This document shows, one piece after another, positions 19,519 through 30,344 of a stretch of DNA of 64,000 bases. The position numbers and the translations under genes are program-made. Location of the stretch: positions 1-64,000 of the forward strand of contig JANNQV010000022.1 of assembly GCA_031400935.1 (NCBI GenBank), read 5' to 3'. The notes beneath the pieces are model-generated. The model was not told the origin of the DNA. It worked only from the letters and a program-made list of their open reading frames with translations, and did no database searches. This stretch comes from Armatimonadota bacterium. GTDB taxonomy: Bacteria; Armatimonadota; Fimbriimonadia; Fimbriimonadales; Fimbriimonadaceae. Positions within the stretch are counted from its first letter, which is position 1. Every line of letters begins with the position of its first letter.

Positions 19519-21312
19519 TTAACGTTTCTCCTTTCGGACTTTTTCTACTAATTCCGACCATTGTTCCAAAATCGCTACACCCGGAAAACGGCTCATCAAT
19601 TCATCAAGAATCCTGAACTCCAACTCATTTGTCGGATACGGCGCCCCTATCCCTGCACTTGCTGCAAATTGGAGCTGCGTATGGGCTTCCATCTCCTTTC
19701 CTTTCAGTTGCAAGTAAGCCGCGGCATGGACAATCCGCAGCCAGGAGGATTCCCGGTGCCGACAGCATTCGTCTACCCATCGAACGACATCTCGAAACAA
19801 TCCCAGATTCCAATACATAGCCGCAATTTCAGCAGCAGCCCGATTATGCAAAGCAACAGAAGCGACCAATGGAATTGGATCCATTGAGGTTATTGCTGGC
19901 TGGCAAAGAAAGGCTTCTGCGCGCAAGGCTGGCTCCAGCGGCAATAGAAAATGGGAGTTGAGGCGGTCTGGTTGATCCTCTGCATCCCCTTTCTGGCGGT
20001 TGACAACGGCTCTCATCCACCAAAGCAGACCATTGGAAGCTTCATGTGCAATTGCTTGGTCAAGATGGGCTAGGCTAGCGTCCCATTCAGAATTTCTACA
20101 TTCGAAAATCGCTAATATAGTGTTTGCTATAGCACGGTCTCCCACATGAGTCTTGGCCCATTTGGCGTATAAACAAGGGTCCAGACCATCATTCACAAGA
20201 GCAACCGCTTCCATTGCTGCTTGCGAACTTTCCCAATAGCTAGGTTCTTGAAAGCCACAATCATCCAATTGGCCGATTTCAAGGTTACTACCTGGCCAGG
20301 ATTCAAATGAATGATGGAAGAGGTTGACCGAGTGCCGGATCGAGATCGAACTCAATTCGCCAATGCTTTGGAGCGATGCCTGAAACGGCTGCTCAGGATA
20401 AAAATCTGCGATTGACTGAAACGATTCGCCGTTCTCGGAAGTCAACTGAATCTGACATTTGGGTTTGCCAAACTGAGAAACAATTGTCAGCTTGCTCTCC
20501 GCGACTCCAATTCCAAACTCCTTCGTCAACCAGTCAACATTTGAGATTCCAGTCATAGAGCCGATCTGGAGATTCCAACTATCATTCATGACTCCTGCCA
20601 GAAAGCACCTTGAGTTCATCCTAAGTAGGTCGCAAGCAAAAGATTGCCGTCGCATCAAGCAACCATCGCCTGGCGCAATGCGGACAGAAAGCCAGTTATC
20701 ATCGCCCGAAGACGAAACGCATAGCCAGCCGGAACCATATCGCGCCGTTCTTTTCTCCGAACAGCCAACCCGCAATCCGGTTTCAATTTGGCGTGGGGAC
20801 AACGAACGATTTAAGATCGAACATTCAATCTCTAGCCATGGCGAATCCGAAGCCAGCGAAACTCTGATCTGAGATGAAATTTCAATAAGTGGCAGGGTGG
20901 AGTAGAAAATTATTGAGGCAACATCTTCTGAATCGTCTCCGTGACCTACTTCAAAATCTGTTGAATCAGGCACGAAGCCCGACATCTCAAAAGTGCCAAA
21001 TGACACTCCATGATCCCAAACCCCTTTGTCTATCTTAACCTCGCAAGGCGGTTGAAGCGCCCATTTTCCGGTTCGTTTGTCTCGAATTCCAACTAATCGT
21101 CCGCCAAATTCGGGCAAGAAAGTGAATTCGACAAGCGCATTCTCGATTACAATAGCTTGAAATGGCCTTTCGACAAAGTCTTTTGATTCTAGGAACCTTG
21201 TAAATGGAAGTGGCGTTGCAGTTTCATACCAATAATTAGGATTAGGAGGCAAAACAGGCTCGCCAATATTGCACGAAACAACTAATTTGTCCAAACGGAC
21301 GCTGACTGGCAT
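19519..21312 (-). CDS. DUF5107-like N-terminus plus TPR-like helical C-terminus
   Basis: AIVIENALVEFTFLPEFGGRL.GIRDK.TG motif; helical C-terminal half. Confidence 0.6.
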   Translation of the reverse strand: MPVSVRLDKLVVSCNIGEPVLPPNPNYWYETATPLPFTRFLESKDFVERPFQAIVIENALVEFTFLPEFGGRLVGIRDKRTGKWALQPPCEVKIDKGVWDHGVSFGTFEMSGFVPDSTDFEVGHGDDSEDVASIIFYSTLPLIEISSQIRVSLASDSPWLEIECSILNRSLSPRQIETGLRVGCSEKRTARYGSGWLCVSSSGDDNWLSVRIAPGDGCLMRRQSFACDLLRMNSRCFLAGVMNDSWNLQIGSMTGISNVDWLTKEFGIGVAESKLTIVSQFGKPKCQIQLTSENGESFQSIADFYPEQPFQASLQSIGELSSISIRHSVNLFHHSFESWPGSNLEIGQLDDCGFQEPSYWESSQAAMEAVALVNDGLDPCLYAKWAKTHVGDRAIANTILAIFECRNSEWDASLAHLDQAIAHEASNGLLWWMRAVVNRQKGDAEDQPDRLNSHFLLPLEPALRAEAFLCQPAITSMDPIPLVASVALHNRAAAEIAAMYWNLGLFRDVVRWVDECCRHRESSWLRIVHAAAYLQLKGKEMEAHTQLQFAASAGIGAPYPTNELEFRILDELMSRFPGVAILEQWSELVEKVRKEKR

Positions 21313-21348
21313 CGAAGCAAAAGAGTACCTGTCTGCTAGAATATGAAC

Positions 21349-21717
21349 ATGCGGCGTAATGGCGGCGTAATGGCCGTAGCATTTGTTAAGTGGGTCGTGA
21401 TCCCTGTTGGGCTCGCAGCGATCGGCTTTTTTTTAGTCGGTCCTAAAGTGGCTAATTCGTTTCTGGGGAAAGTTGATACGGACACAAAACCTACTATCGT
21501 TGAGCCAGCTGAGGCGAAACACAGCAAATCAATAGGCGAGCCAAAGATCGAGGTTACTGCTCAACGAGTCAAACAAAATTCGCATCGCCGTTCAAAACCA
21601 AAGCCACCAGTTGCTCCGGAACAATCGGCTCCGGTTTCTGATCCGCCGCCAGAAGAGTCTCCTGAGCCACCAACGCCTGAGCCGGATGGCGGGGCAAGTT
21701 CGGACGGCACAAACTAG
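21349..21717 (+). CDS. Single-TM protein with Pro/Glu-rich tail
   Basis: TM WVVIPVGLAAIGFFLVGP; low-complexity tail; TAGAAT 6 nt before ATG 21349. Confidence 0.65.
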   Translation: MRRNGGVMAVAFVKWVVIPVGLAAIGFFLVGPKVANSFLGKVDTDTKPTIVEPAEAKHSKSIGEPKIEVTAQRVKQNSHRRSKPKPPVAPEQSAPVSDPPPEESPEPPTPEPDGGASSDGTN

Positions 21718-22496
21718 TCTGGAATTGGAATCCGATAGAACCGGCACGCATTTTGCGTCGTCAACAGTGCAGACTCCTCAACCGAAATTCCTCTTGCAGA
21801 AGCAAGCATCGCATTTACTAATGGCAAATTGGCAGGCGAATTCGGTTTGCTTCTCACTGGTTCAGGCGACAGATAAGGACTGTCTGTCTCGATGACGATT
21901 CGATCCGCTGGCAATTGAGCCAACAAGCTGCGAAGCTCCGAATTCTTTTTGTAGGTGATTGGGCCGTCAAATCCCAGAATGCCTCCTAAGTCAAGGCAGC
22001 GTTTCGCTTGAACTTCATTTCCTGAAAAACAATGGAAATGGTAAGGAAGCACTGGTAGCTTTTCGAGAATATCCAGAAGTTCATCCCACGCTTCTCGGCA
22101 ATGAATGACAACGGGAAGGTTAGCTACCTTAGCCATTTCTAGCTGATCCAAAAGGCACTTTTCCTGTTGTTCACGGGTCGCATGATCCCAATGAAAGTCC
22201 AGCCCGATCTCGCCAAGCGCAACTACTCTTGGCTCCCTTAGCATATTGGCAAGGAATTCTTGCTCTTCTTTGTTCCAAGTGGCTGCTGAATTTGGATGCC
22301 ACCCAACTGCAGAGTAAACAGACTGATATTGTTGCGCCAATTCAACCGCACGTTGGTTAGATGCGCGATCAATCCCAATCACGATGCACACCTTGACCCC
22401 ATGCTCTTCCGCAGACCTGAGTGTGGAATAAGGGTCCGGAAAGGCCTCACCAAGGTTCAAGTGGCAATGCGTGTCTATTAGAGTGAGTTCATTCAT
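21714..22496 (-). CDS. tatD: TatD-family hydrolase
   Basis: IDTHCHL, GWHP, GEIGLD, IHCREA, HCFSG, ETDSPYL. Confidence 0.93.
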   Translation of the reverse strand: MNELTLIDTHCHLNLGEAFPDPYSTLRSAEEHGVKVCIVIGIDRASNQRAVELAQQYQSVYSAVGWHPNSAATWNKEEQEFLANMLREPRVVALGEIGLDFHWDHATREQQEKCLLDQLEMAKVANLPVVIHCREAWDELLDILEKLPVLPYHFHCFSGNEVQAKRCLDLGGILGFDGPITYKKNSELRSLLAQLPADRIVIETDSPYLSPEPVRSKPNSPANLPLVNAMLASARGISVEESALLTTQNACRFYRIPIPD

Positions 22497-22499
22497 GAT

Positions 22500-23168
22500 C
22501 TATTTCTTGCCTTTGGCAGAAGACTCCGCAACTTTCTCGGCTTCCAGAATTGCATTTTGAAGAGCAAGCCGACATTCTTCAAACTTCGCCTCGTCCAGTT
22601 CTTGTGGCACAAATATGGGGTCACCAAACGCGCAGTAAATGGTGCTGAACGGTTTTGGAACCATGAACTTGTCCCATGAATTTAGTCGCCATTGGCGATT
22701 TGCACAAAAGCCGACTGGGATAATCGTAGCACCGCTTTTTTTTGCCATGAGGATTGCGCCTCCCTTTGCAATTTCGGGCGGCCCCTTTGGGCCGTCAACC
22801 GCCATTACCACCCCGCACTTTTCAGATCGGAGAAGCCGGATGAACTCAATTGTTGCCCTTTCTCCGCCCTTGCTTGAACTCCCTCTGATGATTCGAAAAC
22901 CAAAGCTGCTATACAAGTGAGCTTGCAAATCACCATCTCTGGAATGGCTGACCATTACGAGGTAAGACCGATTTCTGAATATGTGCACCGCCGCCAAACC
23001 ATTCTTGTGCAAGCCGCTGATTAGATAGCCTGTCTGACAGGAATCAACGACTTTTGGATTCACGAAACGCACTTTGACAGTACTCAAGAAGCACCTAATG
23101 AAAGGTCGGCCAATCGCCTTGTAAATTCTTTGCCGATTGGAGCGCCACCACTTTTTCAAGATATCCAC
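22500..23168 (-). CDS. DUF374 / lysophospholipid acyltransferase family protein
   Basis: VSHSRDGD, IRGSSSKGG, DGPKGP, SWDKFMVPKPF. Confidence 0.85.
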   Translation of the reverse strand: MDILKKWWRSNRQRIYKAIGRPFIRCFLSTVKVRFVNPKVVDSCQTGYLISGLHKNGLAAVHIFRNRSYLVMVSHSRDGDLQAHLYSSFGFRIIRGSSSKGGERATIEFIRLLRSEKCGVVMAVDGPKGPPEIAKGGAILMAKKSGATIIPVGFCANRQWRLNSWDKFMVPKPFSTIYCAFGDPIFVPQELDEAKFEECRLALQNAILEAEKVAESSAKGKK

Positions 23169-24238
23169 CCTCTAACTCGGGCCAATTCAGTTGCCGGATG
23201 CAGCGGATATTTGTCAGTGAGCAGCCGTAGCAATTCTGCGTCCGGTTCATTTTGCAATTCGATCAAAGCAAGAATGGCTTCTGGGCGCTGAACTTCACTA
23301 TCGGGACCATCAATAACAGACCTAAGGACTGTCTCCGCGAGTTCTGGGTTGGAAGATTCGAAGTCGTGGGCCAGCCTCATTCTCTTCATTGCAGAAAGCT
23401 CTGTCAACCTTCCCAAGGCCGCAAGCCGCTTTATGCTCAACGAGGCCGATTGACCGTTTGCGACGGTTAGCAACTGATTGAGCACTGGCAATTCGCCAGT
23501 AACGTCGCCGATCTGCTCGTAAGCGGACGCCAGTTCGGTAAGCGCTTTGACGTCTGTAGGGTGGGATGACAAATGTTGTTTTGCCGCTGCGATGGTGGCA
23601 GCCGGACTTCGCTTGTTCATTCGATCCAATACTTGGTGCCCAAATTGGACACTCGAGAGCTTTGGAGCCCGAAATGCGAGACTCAAAAGTGTGCCGCATC
23701 CAAATCCGCCAATGTGTGCCCAAAACGCAGTTCCTCCGCTCGGATCACCGATTCTCACAAACGCCCCTAAGACTTGCAAACCTAGCCAAAGTCCAACAAC
23801 TCCCAATATAGGGATCGCTATCTTAGGAACAATTGGAACCTTGAGGTGAGCATAGCGAATGCTATAGTAGGCTGCACAAGCCGAAATTCCGCCGCTTGCG
23901 CCGATCAATGGTGCAGGCGCAATTTGATTCATTGTAGCTATCCAGTGAAGCAAGACACCACAAATTCCGCCTGAGACAAAAATTAGCATGAACCGGATGG
24001 CGCCAGTCGCAAATTCAACCGCCGGACCCACTGCAGCCAAGAAAACCATATTTGCGAGCAAGTGCAACAAGTTTTGGTGCAACACAATGCTTGCCAAAGC
24101 GGCAACTATGGATGGTGAATCCGAATAAAACGCAAACCGCTCCACCATTTCGGGCACAAAAAGTGCCGCAAACGCCATGGCGATGTTTATGCCAATGAGC
24201 GCTAGCGTTGCAAACGGTGTCCGGCCAGGTTCACTCAA
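23156..24238 (-). CDS. Rhomboid intramembrane serine protease with TPR-like tail
   Basis: H.NLLHLLANM, GASGG catalytic Ser, AHIGG catalytic His. Confidence 0.88.
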   Translation of the reverse strand: MSEPGRTPFATLALIGINIAMAFAALFVPEMVERFAFYSDSPSIVAALASIVLHQNLLHLLANMVFLAAVGPAVEFATGAIRFMLIFVSGGICGVLLHWIATMNQIAPAPLIGASGGISACAAYYSIRYAHLKVPIVPKIAIPILGVVGLWLGLQVLGAFVRIGDPSGGTAFWAHIGGFGCGTLLSLAFRAPKLSSVQFGHQVLDRMNKRSPAATIAAAKQHLSSHPTDVKALTELASAYEQIGDVTGELPVLNQLLTVANGQSASLSIKRLAALGRLTELSAMKRMRLAHDFESSNPELAETVLRSVIDGPDSEVQRPEAILALIELQNEPDAELLRLLTDKYPLHPATELARVRGWIS

Positions 24239-24978
24239 GCTTGTTGCAACATCTCCTCAGTGAGTTCAACATTGATGTAAGTTTCCTTCACGTCGTCGAG
24301 GTCTTCGAACATATCAAGGAGTCTCAAGAGTTTCGGAATATCGTCTGGATTGGGATTCGCAAGATTCGTTGCCAAGTAAGTGAGCTCGACCTCATTTGAC
24401 CGAAAACCCGCCGATTCAAGGGCACCATTTGTCGCGTGAAGTTGATCAACGGTCGTTTCGACAACGAAGTCGCCTTCTTCTGCCCGAACGTCTTCTGCTC
24501 CCGCATCAATAGCCGCAAGAGTGAATTGATCTTCATCGAGACCGTCTTTCGATACAAAAATCTGACCCACTCGCCTGAATTGCCAAGAGACCGAACCGTT
24601 TTCGCCAAGGCTTCCGCCGCACTTTACAAACGCATGCCGAACATCAGCGACTGTACGAACTCGATTTTCCGTGTAGGTTTCTACAATAACCGCAACTCCG
24701 CCAGGTCCATATCCTTCGTAAGTTAGTTCGTCGTAATCGGCACCTTCAATTTGACCCGTGCCTCTTGCTACTGCGCGATCAATATTGTCTGCGGGTACAG
24801 ATGCCGCCTTTGCTTTGTCAATTGCAAGCCGAAGTCGTGCATTTGCAGAAGGGTCGCCCCCGCCAACTTTTGCTGCAACTATGATCTCGCGGCTGAGCTT
24901 TGTGAACAGATTTCCTCGAAGAGCATCTTGCCTTCCCTTACGATGCTGAATGTTTTTCCACTTGCTATGGCCTGCCAT
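24235..24978 (-). CDS. yebC: YebC/PmpR-family protein
   Basis: MAGHSKWKNIQHRKG, YEGYGPGG; ATG at 24978. Confidence 0.95.
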   Translation of the reverse strand: MAGHSKWKNIQHRKGRQDALRGNLFTKLSREIIVAAKVGGGDPSANARLRLAIDKAKAASVPADNIDRAVARGTGQIEGADYDELTYEGYGPGGVAVIVETYTENRVRTVADVRHAFVKCGGSLGENGSVSWQFRRVGQIFVSKDGLDEDQFTLAAIDAGAEDVRAEEGDFVVETTVDQLHATNGALESAGFRSNEVELTYLATNLANPNPDDIPKLLRLLDMFEDLDDVKETYINVELTEEMLQQA

Positions 24979-25076
24979 GAACAGTATTTTGGCACTTTCG
25001 CCGATGATAATGAAAAATGATGCCTCGTTCAAGCATTGAACGAGGCAAAGTCGAGTTTGGGGTTAAAGGTGTTGCT

Positions 25077-25817
25077 TCAATGGCCGGACTTGGTATCCGA
25101 CTTTTTGGTATTGTTTGCCTCTGAAAGAAGCGAAATGGCAGGCACGATTTCTATAGTCATTCGATCTGTGAACCGATATCGAAGCCCTGCGGCATTTGAG
25201 ATAAGATCAAGCGCATATTTCAATGAAGTATTGATCAAGTAGGCGTCAATTTTATATTCAGGAATTTTTGGATCAACTTCGAGTTTGAGTCCAGTTTGTT
25301 TCGAGAATTCTGCCATGAGGTAGCGAATATTCACTTTTTCGTATCTTGTGTTCACTCGTTTTGCCAAAACGCTTGTCGGAAGTGTCCCTTTCAATTCGAC
25401 CTTTGGTAGCGATTTAGGTTCGACTTTTGCAGGTTTCGGATCAATGGGCTCCAATTCCGGAATGGCTGGGACCTTGCTGTCGGGCTTCTTTTCAACTGGC
25501 TTTACAACCTTGTTGATGTAAAATATGCCGTTTTGGACGTCAAATTTCAAGTCCGCAAGTCTGCAAATTTGAAACAATGCTTCGTCAAATTCGACGCCAG
25601 AGAGCGATAAATAGAGCGTTTGATACTTCACACCTGATTCAAGAATGTAATTCTTCCCGTTTTGCGTGAAAAGATCGTGGACCACCATTCGCACGTCGTT
25701 ACCGCGAGAACTGATTGTGATCATTCCTCCAGCGTCTTTTGTAATCGCTGACCCCTGTCCAAAGGAAAATCCGGCGGAAAGTAGAATGATTACTGAAAAT
25801 AGGTTTCGTTTCAACAT
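25077..25817 (-). CDS. Secreted protein with two STN/secretin-N-like domains
   Basis: Signal peptide; two units of D/NVR..V..L....G..Y/L..L....AL..I...A.L separated by a Pro/Lys linker. Confidence 0.55.
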   Translation of the reverse strand: MLKRNLFSVIILLSAGFSFGQGSAITKDAGGMITISSRGNDVRMVVHDLFTQNGKNYILESGVKYQTLYLSLSGVEFDEALFQICRLADLKFDVQNGIFYINKVVKPVEKKPDSKVPAIPELEPIDPKPAKVEPKSLPKVELKGTLPTSVLAKRVNTRYEKVNIRYLMAEFSKQTGLKLEVDPKIPEYKIDAYLINTSLKYALDLISNAAGLRYRFTDRMTIEIVPAISLLSEANNTKKSDTKSGH

Positions 25818-25830
25818 GGTTAATGCTCTC

Positions 25831-26715
25831 TTAGCGATTCGAAATCGGGTTCCCGCCATCGTCATAGATTCGAATTCCTGGCCTTGATGCAGGTGCTTTG
25901 ATTACCGGCTTGGCAACTGTTCTTGGCCGTCTGGCAGCGGGTCTGGTTGGAGTTGATCTCCGGGTTGTGGTTCTTCGACGGGGCGATGGCGTGACCGCCG
26001 AAGCTGTGTTCGTCGAAGTTGAATTCGTATTCGTCGGCTTAGTGTTTGTCGAATTCGATGAATCTGGAATATTTGTGGGTTTCAACGTTGGAGTTTTGCT
26101 AGGCGCTGGGTCTATCGCAGTTGAATTCGTTTCCTGACTCGTCTTCGCCGTCTCGGGCTGTTCGGACTTTGGTTCGGTTGAGTTCGATCCCTGGGCTGAA
26201 ACAAGTGCTGTTGGACTTACGACGGCTGACTTTGCTGCTGGTAATGCTGTTCCAACCCTATCGCCTAATACTCGTGAGGGATCTCGCATGAACGTACTCA
26301 TCGCGATAAGCACTCCGGCAAGCCCAATTGAATAGGCCAGCGGTTTCGTGTATGATTTGAATGAGGGCTTCTCCTCTCGAACGTCGTTGATGATTGCATG
26401 AGTTGCGATTGGCTTGACGACTTTATCCAAGGTTTCACGCTTCTGGCGTAGCGTTTCAACTAAGAAACGCGGAATTGCTGAGATTTCGGACGAAGTAGAA
26501 GTTTGGGCGGGCGCGTATACTTCCTCTTTGATCTCAGCTTCGACTCGGTCTTCAATTAATTCTTGTTTGCAATCTTCAAAGAACTCATTACAATCGGGGC
26601 ATTCGCTTAAATGGTCTTCCAATTGCTCGACTGCGACATCGGATAATGGATCGCCGTTCAAATATCGTCGAACTTGTCCTTGGGCTAACTGGCACTCTAT
26701 GTTTCGAACCCGCAT
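25831..26715 (-). CDS. zf-HC2 (anti-sigma-like) membrane protein with Thr/Pro/Arg-rich tail
   Basis: C...YLNGDPL..LEDHLSECPDC; one TM; low-complexity C-terminus. Confidence 0.7.
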   Translation of the reverse strand: MRVRNIECQLAQGQVRRYLNGDPLSDVAVEQLEDHLSECPDCNEFFEDCKQELIEDRVEAEIKEEVYAPAQTSTSSEISAIPRFLVETLRQKRETLDKVVKPIATHAIINDVREEKPSFKSYTKPLAYSIGLAGVLIAMSTFMRDPSRVLGDRVGTALPAAKSAVVSPTALVSAQGSNSTEPKSEQPETAKTSQETNSTAIDPAPSKTPTLKPTNIPDSSNSTNTKPTNTNSTSTNTASAVTPSPRRRTTTRRSTPTRPAARRPRTVAKPVIKAPASRPGIRIYDDGGNPISNR

Positions 26716-26818
26716 CTCTAACTACTCACTTTAGGTTTTTGGGAATTGCCAATGGGCGTCCCAATAGGATTCTCGGATTCGATCCTAGTATTCTTTAGGG
26801 GGAAATTTGCAGCCGATT

Positions 26819-27928
26819 CTAAAGTCTTTCAACAATAAGCCAGCGATGGCTTTTGCCAACTGGAAACGCCACCAGAATGACTCCCCGATTTCCCTCGATT
26901 TGTAGCTTTTTCCGCACAAGTTCAGGCTCGATTCCTTTAACCCTCGACTTTACGGCATCTATCGTTGCAGCAAGCTCACGAAGCTTTAGCCGCAACGCTT
27001 TGTCGTCCGCTTTGCAATCAGATAGGACTCTGTAACCGGCAAGCCAAACTGATTCGATTGCTTTTGGGCCCGTCAAATATCCATTTGAATCGCCAAGTTT
27101 CCAAATCCCAAATTGATTGCAAAGGGTTCCCAAGCAGTGGCCGCGTATCGCGGCTGGATCGGCTTCAAATAAAAACTCTGAGGCCGCATCGGAATCCGAT
27201 GATTCACTCGCCTCCAAAGCTTCCCCAGACTCTATATGAATTGCCTTTCGACTTGCCTCAACATGCCTTCCTAGCCAAACCGATGCCTCCCGACACTCGC
27301 CACCGAACGACAGAAACTCCAGTTGTCCGCCAAATCCTTCCAATTCGGAATCGGAGAGCATGGGCGTTAACTTCAAACACCCAAGTTGCAAGTCCAGCAT
27401 TCGTTCCGCCAATTTGTCAGGATTGGGTTCAAAATCGTCAATGTTGGCTTTTCGTCTGCCGTCTACTCGGCGGGAAGGATCGGCAATTGCAAACTCGAAA
27501 TCCCAGGGAAAGGAGAGGCAATCTGCCTGGCTGATTTGTGCAGAGACTCCGCAAACAGAAAGGTTATGACTCGCGCAGTTCAATCTCTCAGAATCAATAT
27601 CTGTCCCAAGAGTCGGGCCACGCTCTGCAAGGGCTATAAGGTCCGAGCCGATGGAACAAGTGAGATCGGCAACCCATTGTCCCTCTGGGAATCGCGAAGC
27701 GCGATACCTCGCAATGGCAGGATGGGAAGCTTGCTCCAGGCCTTCGCGAGTAAAGAGCATCTCGCTTGCCTGTTCGAATCGGGCTTTCGCCCTTTCACGC
27801 AATTCCCACTGCGAAAATGCCCATCGAGAAGCTTCTTCGCCAAATAGCTTTCCAAGACGATCAAGCTCCTTTGGCGATGCCGGCAAGCCTTTCGCTGCCG
27901 CTAAGGCCGCAAAATAAGTGTCATTCAC
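26819..27928 (-). CDS. Class I SAM-dependent methyltransferase with THUMP-like C-terminus
   Basis: FTREGLEQAS, ADLTCSIGSD, ADPSRR, EADPAAIR. Confidence 0.8.
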   Translation of the reverse strand: MNDTYFAALAAAKGLPASPKELDRLGKLFGEEASRWAFSQWELRERAKARFEQASEMLFTREGLEQASHPAIARYRASRFPEGQWVADLTCSIGSDLIALAERGPTLGTDIDSERLNCASHNLSVCGVSAQISQADCLSFPWDFEFAIADPSRRVDGRRKANIDDFEPNPDKLAERMLDLQLGCLKLTPMLSDSELEGFGGQLEFLSFGGECREASVWLGRHVEASRKAIHIESGEALEASESSDSDAASEFLFEADPAAIRGHCLGTLCNQFGIWKLGDSNGYLTGPKAIESVWLAGYRVLSDCKADDKALRLKLRELAATIDAVKSRVKGIEPELVRKKLQIEGNRGVILVAFPVGKSHRWLIVERL

Positions 27929-30243
27929 GGCTTAAAGGCAAAATAGGACAATTTGCTTGGATAGCGTTTGCCCCAATGTACGGTGTGAGTTGCCTTTACA
28001 AGCTTAGTCGCCTTCCATTCGGGCTCGCCAGTTCCAGGATTCCGCGCAAAATTTGGAAACATGTCGCTTGTCAATAAGATTGCCAATTTATGTCCCTTTG
28101 GTATCAGGTGGGCAAACTCCCAGGGTTCGATTGTGACTTTATACACTTTCTTAGGAACGATCGGCCCTGGCTTGCCCAACTCGTACCAAACACGCTTTGT
28201 TCCAGGTAACCCGATAAGTCTGGAATCACCATTTGGGTATTGATCAAGCACCATCGCATGGAATGTCGCATCTTTGGCTGTTGTGGAAACATAGACTTCA
28301 AGCTTAACTGGACCAGAAACCACGGTGTTTTCAGTGAACGGGGCGCTAGCAAATGCAACGTCGTTCTTATCCATGTCTTTAGCTTTAAACAGCAAGCTGC
28401 CTTCCTTTCCGACCTGAATATCCTGTGGCTTGAACTTCGTCTTGTTCGGATCGTATACGTAGGAGTCCTTCCCACTTCGAGGCGCTTTTGCAAGCAGTTG
28501 TCCTTTTGAATTAGGGCCAACTGCCGACTTTCCACCCAAGAACAATGTTCTAGGCCTTGCCTGAGGAACCGGCCAATCGCTGCTCGTATACCACTTGTTG
28601 GCTCCAGTTACAAACATTCGAACATGAGGCTGCTGATTCCAAAAAACCTTCATGCCTTTCAGGTTCGCATCGAAGAACCGGAGGTACACCGAATCCAGTT
28701 CCAATATCGCATCAGGGCCATATTTGAATCCGCCAAACTCAGATGTCGAATTGAAGAAGTGCGTCCACGGCCCAAAAACCATCCATTGGTTCTTACTGCC
28801 GGCAGTTCGAAGGGCTTGCCAGTGGATCTTTGTCCCAACTCCGTCACCATCCCATATGCCGCTTACGTGCAGCACTGGAATCTTCACTTTTCCAATATCT
28901 TCTGCCCTGAACGCACCTTTCCAGTCGGTGATTTGTGCTCTTCTTGTCCAATCATCGTAAAACGGGATGTTTTTGCCGAGCATCGCGTCGTCAATTTTTG
29001 TTATCGGCAGATCCAGGAAGTGCTCAGTCCCAGTCACAGCCGCAAGAGCGCCACTCATGTCTGCGTTCTTGTCCTTAACAACCCTACTCCACCATACATT
29101 CCCCGCGAGCATGAATGCGCCGTGATCCCATGGAAAGTTTTGCATTGGATTTGGGGGCGAAACCTGCGGGATGATGCATTTAAGCGCCGGATGTCGAGTA
29201 ACCGCCGCCGCCCACTGGACATAGCCCAAATACGAACCTCCGATCATTCCGACCTTTCCATCACACCAAGGTTGAGCGACAAGCCAGTCGAGGGTGTCTT
29301 TTCCATCAGAGACCTCTGCGATTAATGGATCGAACAAACCGTCGCTGCTTCCCCTCCCTCGAACATCTTGGCTCACCAGAACATATCCTCTTGAAGCCCA
29401 AAAATCGCCTTCCAAAGCACTAGCTTTTCTACCATAGGGAGTTCGAATTAGGATAACAGGATGCTTCAAGTCGTCCTTTGGCCGAACGACGTCGGCGACG
29501 AGATTAGTGCCATCCTTCATGGGAACGGCCACCGCTAAATCTTTTGCGACAGTGAACGTAGGCTGCGAAAGCTCTTTGTACTTCATCACGGGATTTACAA
29601 AGACGCCTTCCCAACCTTCGAGGTATCCACCGAATTTCTGTACGGGCACTTGCATTCCAACCAATTCGCCTTTAGCTGTAAATGCATACTGAATCTCCAA
29701 TCCCGCCAGGGTTGCCGAGAGCATCGTCAGCGCATGAGTCCCACTTGCCAGAACAGCGGTTATTGGCTTGGTCGTTACATCTACAGATAGTGGCGCGATG
29801 CTGTCAATGAAGAAGACATCGAATTTCTTCTTAGTAGGGTCCTTTTGCCAATTTTTGAAAAGAGTTGATGTTAGTTCAGGTACAAACGCGCTCAATAAAG
29901 CAGTTGACTTAACTTCAAATGGCAGGTCCTTTCCTTGCACTTTCCCATCTACTGTTGAGGTCAGTTTTCCACCCTTCCATGAGACAATGGCAATTCGGCT
30001 TCCCGCCTTTGAATTCATGTCGAATTCCGACAATTTGTCTTTGTCAAATTTTCCGGCAAACGTAATTGCCTGCGACTGAGGGCCGATAACGAAGCTCATT
30101 GAGGACTCGAATCTTCCATCGGCAAATCGCTCGAACTTCGATTCTCCACATTTAGCACCGGCATAAGTGAAGTGGAAAGTGGATGGGTCCGCAAACGAGG
30201 CAGACGCGGTAAGAAAAATGGCCGCTAAACTTAGATGTCGCAT
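27925..30243 (-). CDS. CocE/NonD-family (S15) hydrolase, secreted, with N-terminal extension
   Basis: RTPY, QDVRGRGSSDG, GGSYLG nucleophile, GPWTH, FPNFARNP. Confidence 0.92.
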   Translation of the reverse strand: MRHLSLAAIFLTASASFADPSTFHFTYAGAKCGESKFERFADGRFESSMSFVIGPQSQAITFAGKFDKDKLSEFDMNSKAGSRIAIVSWKGGKLTSTVDGKVQGKDLPFEVKSTALLSAFVPELTSTLFKNWQKDPTKKKFDVFFIDSIAPLSVDVTTKPITAVLASGTHALTMLSATLAGLEIQYAFTAKGELVGMQVPVQKFGGYLEGWEGVFVNPVMKYKELSQPTFTVAKDLAVAVPMKDGTNLVADVVRPKDDLKHPVILIRTPYGRKASALEGDFWASRGYVLVSQDVRGRGSSDGLFDPLIAEVSDGKDTLDWLVAQPWCDGKVGMIGGSYLGYVQWAAAVTRHPALKCIIPQVSPPNPMQNFPWDHGAFMLAGNVWWSRVVKDKNADMSGALAAVTGTEHFLDLPITKIDDAMLGKNIPFYDDWTRRAQITDWKGAFRAEDIGKVKIPVLHVSGIWDGDGVGTKIHWQALRTAGSKNQWMVFGPWTHFFNSTSEFGGFKYGPDAILELDSVYLRFFDANLKGMKVFWNQQPHVRMFVTGANKWYTSSDWPVPQARPRTLFLGGKSAVGPNSKGQLLAKAPRSGKDSYVYDPNKTKFKPQDIQVGKEGSLLFKAKDMDKNDVAFASAPFTENTVVSGPVKLEVYVSTTAKDATFHAMVLDQYPNGDSRLIGLPGTKRVWYELGKPGPIVPKKVYKVTIEPWEFAHLIPKGHKLAILLTSDMFPNFARNPGTGEPEWKATKLVKATHTVHWGKRYPSKLSYFAFKP

Positions 30244-30344
30244 GATCAGTACATTGTACGGGAATCGGGAATCTTAGGTTTTACAATTTGACCGGGTTAT
30301 GGCGTTTCACTAAACCAATTTGCTCAAAGACAGTCAATACCCAT

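Noticed and set aside
28624..29325. 233-aa + strand ORF
   Set aside because: Antisense shadow of the CocE/NonD gene
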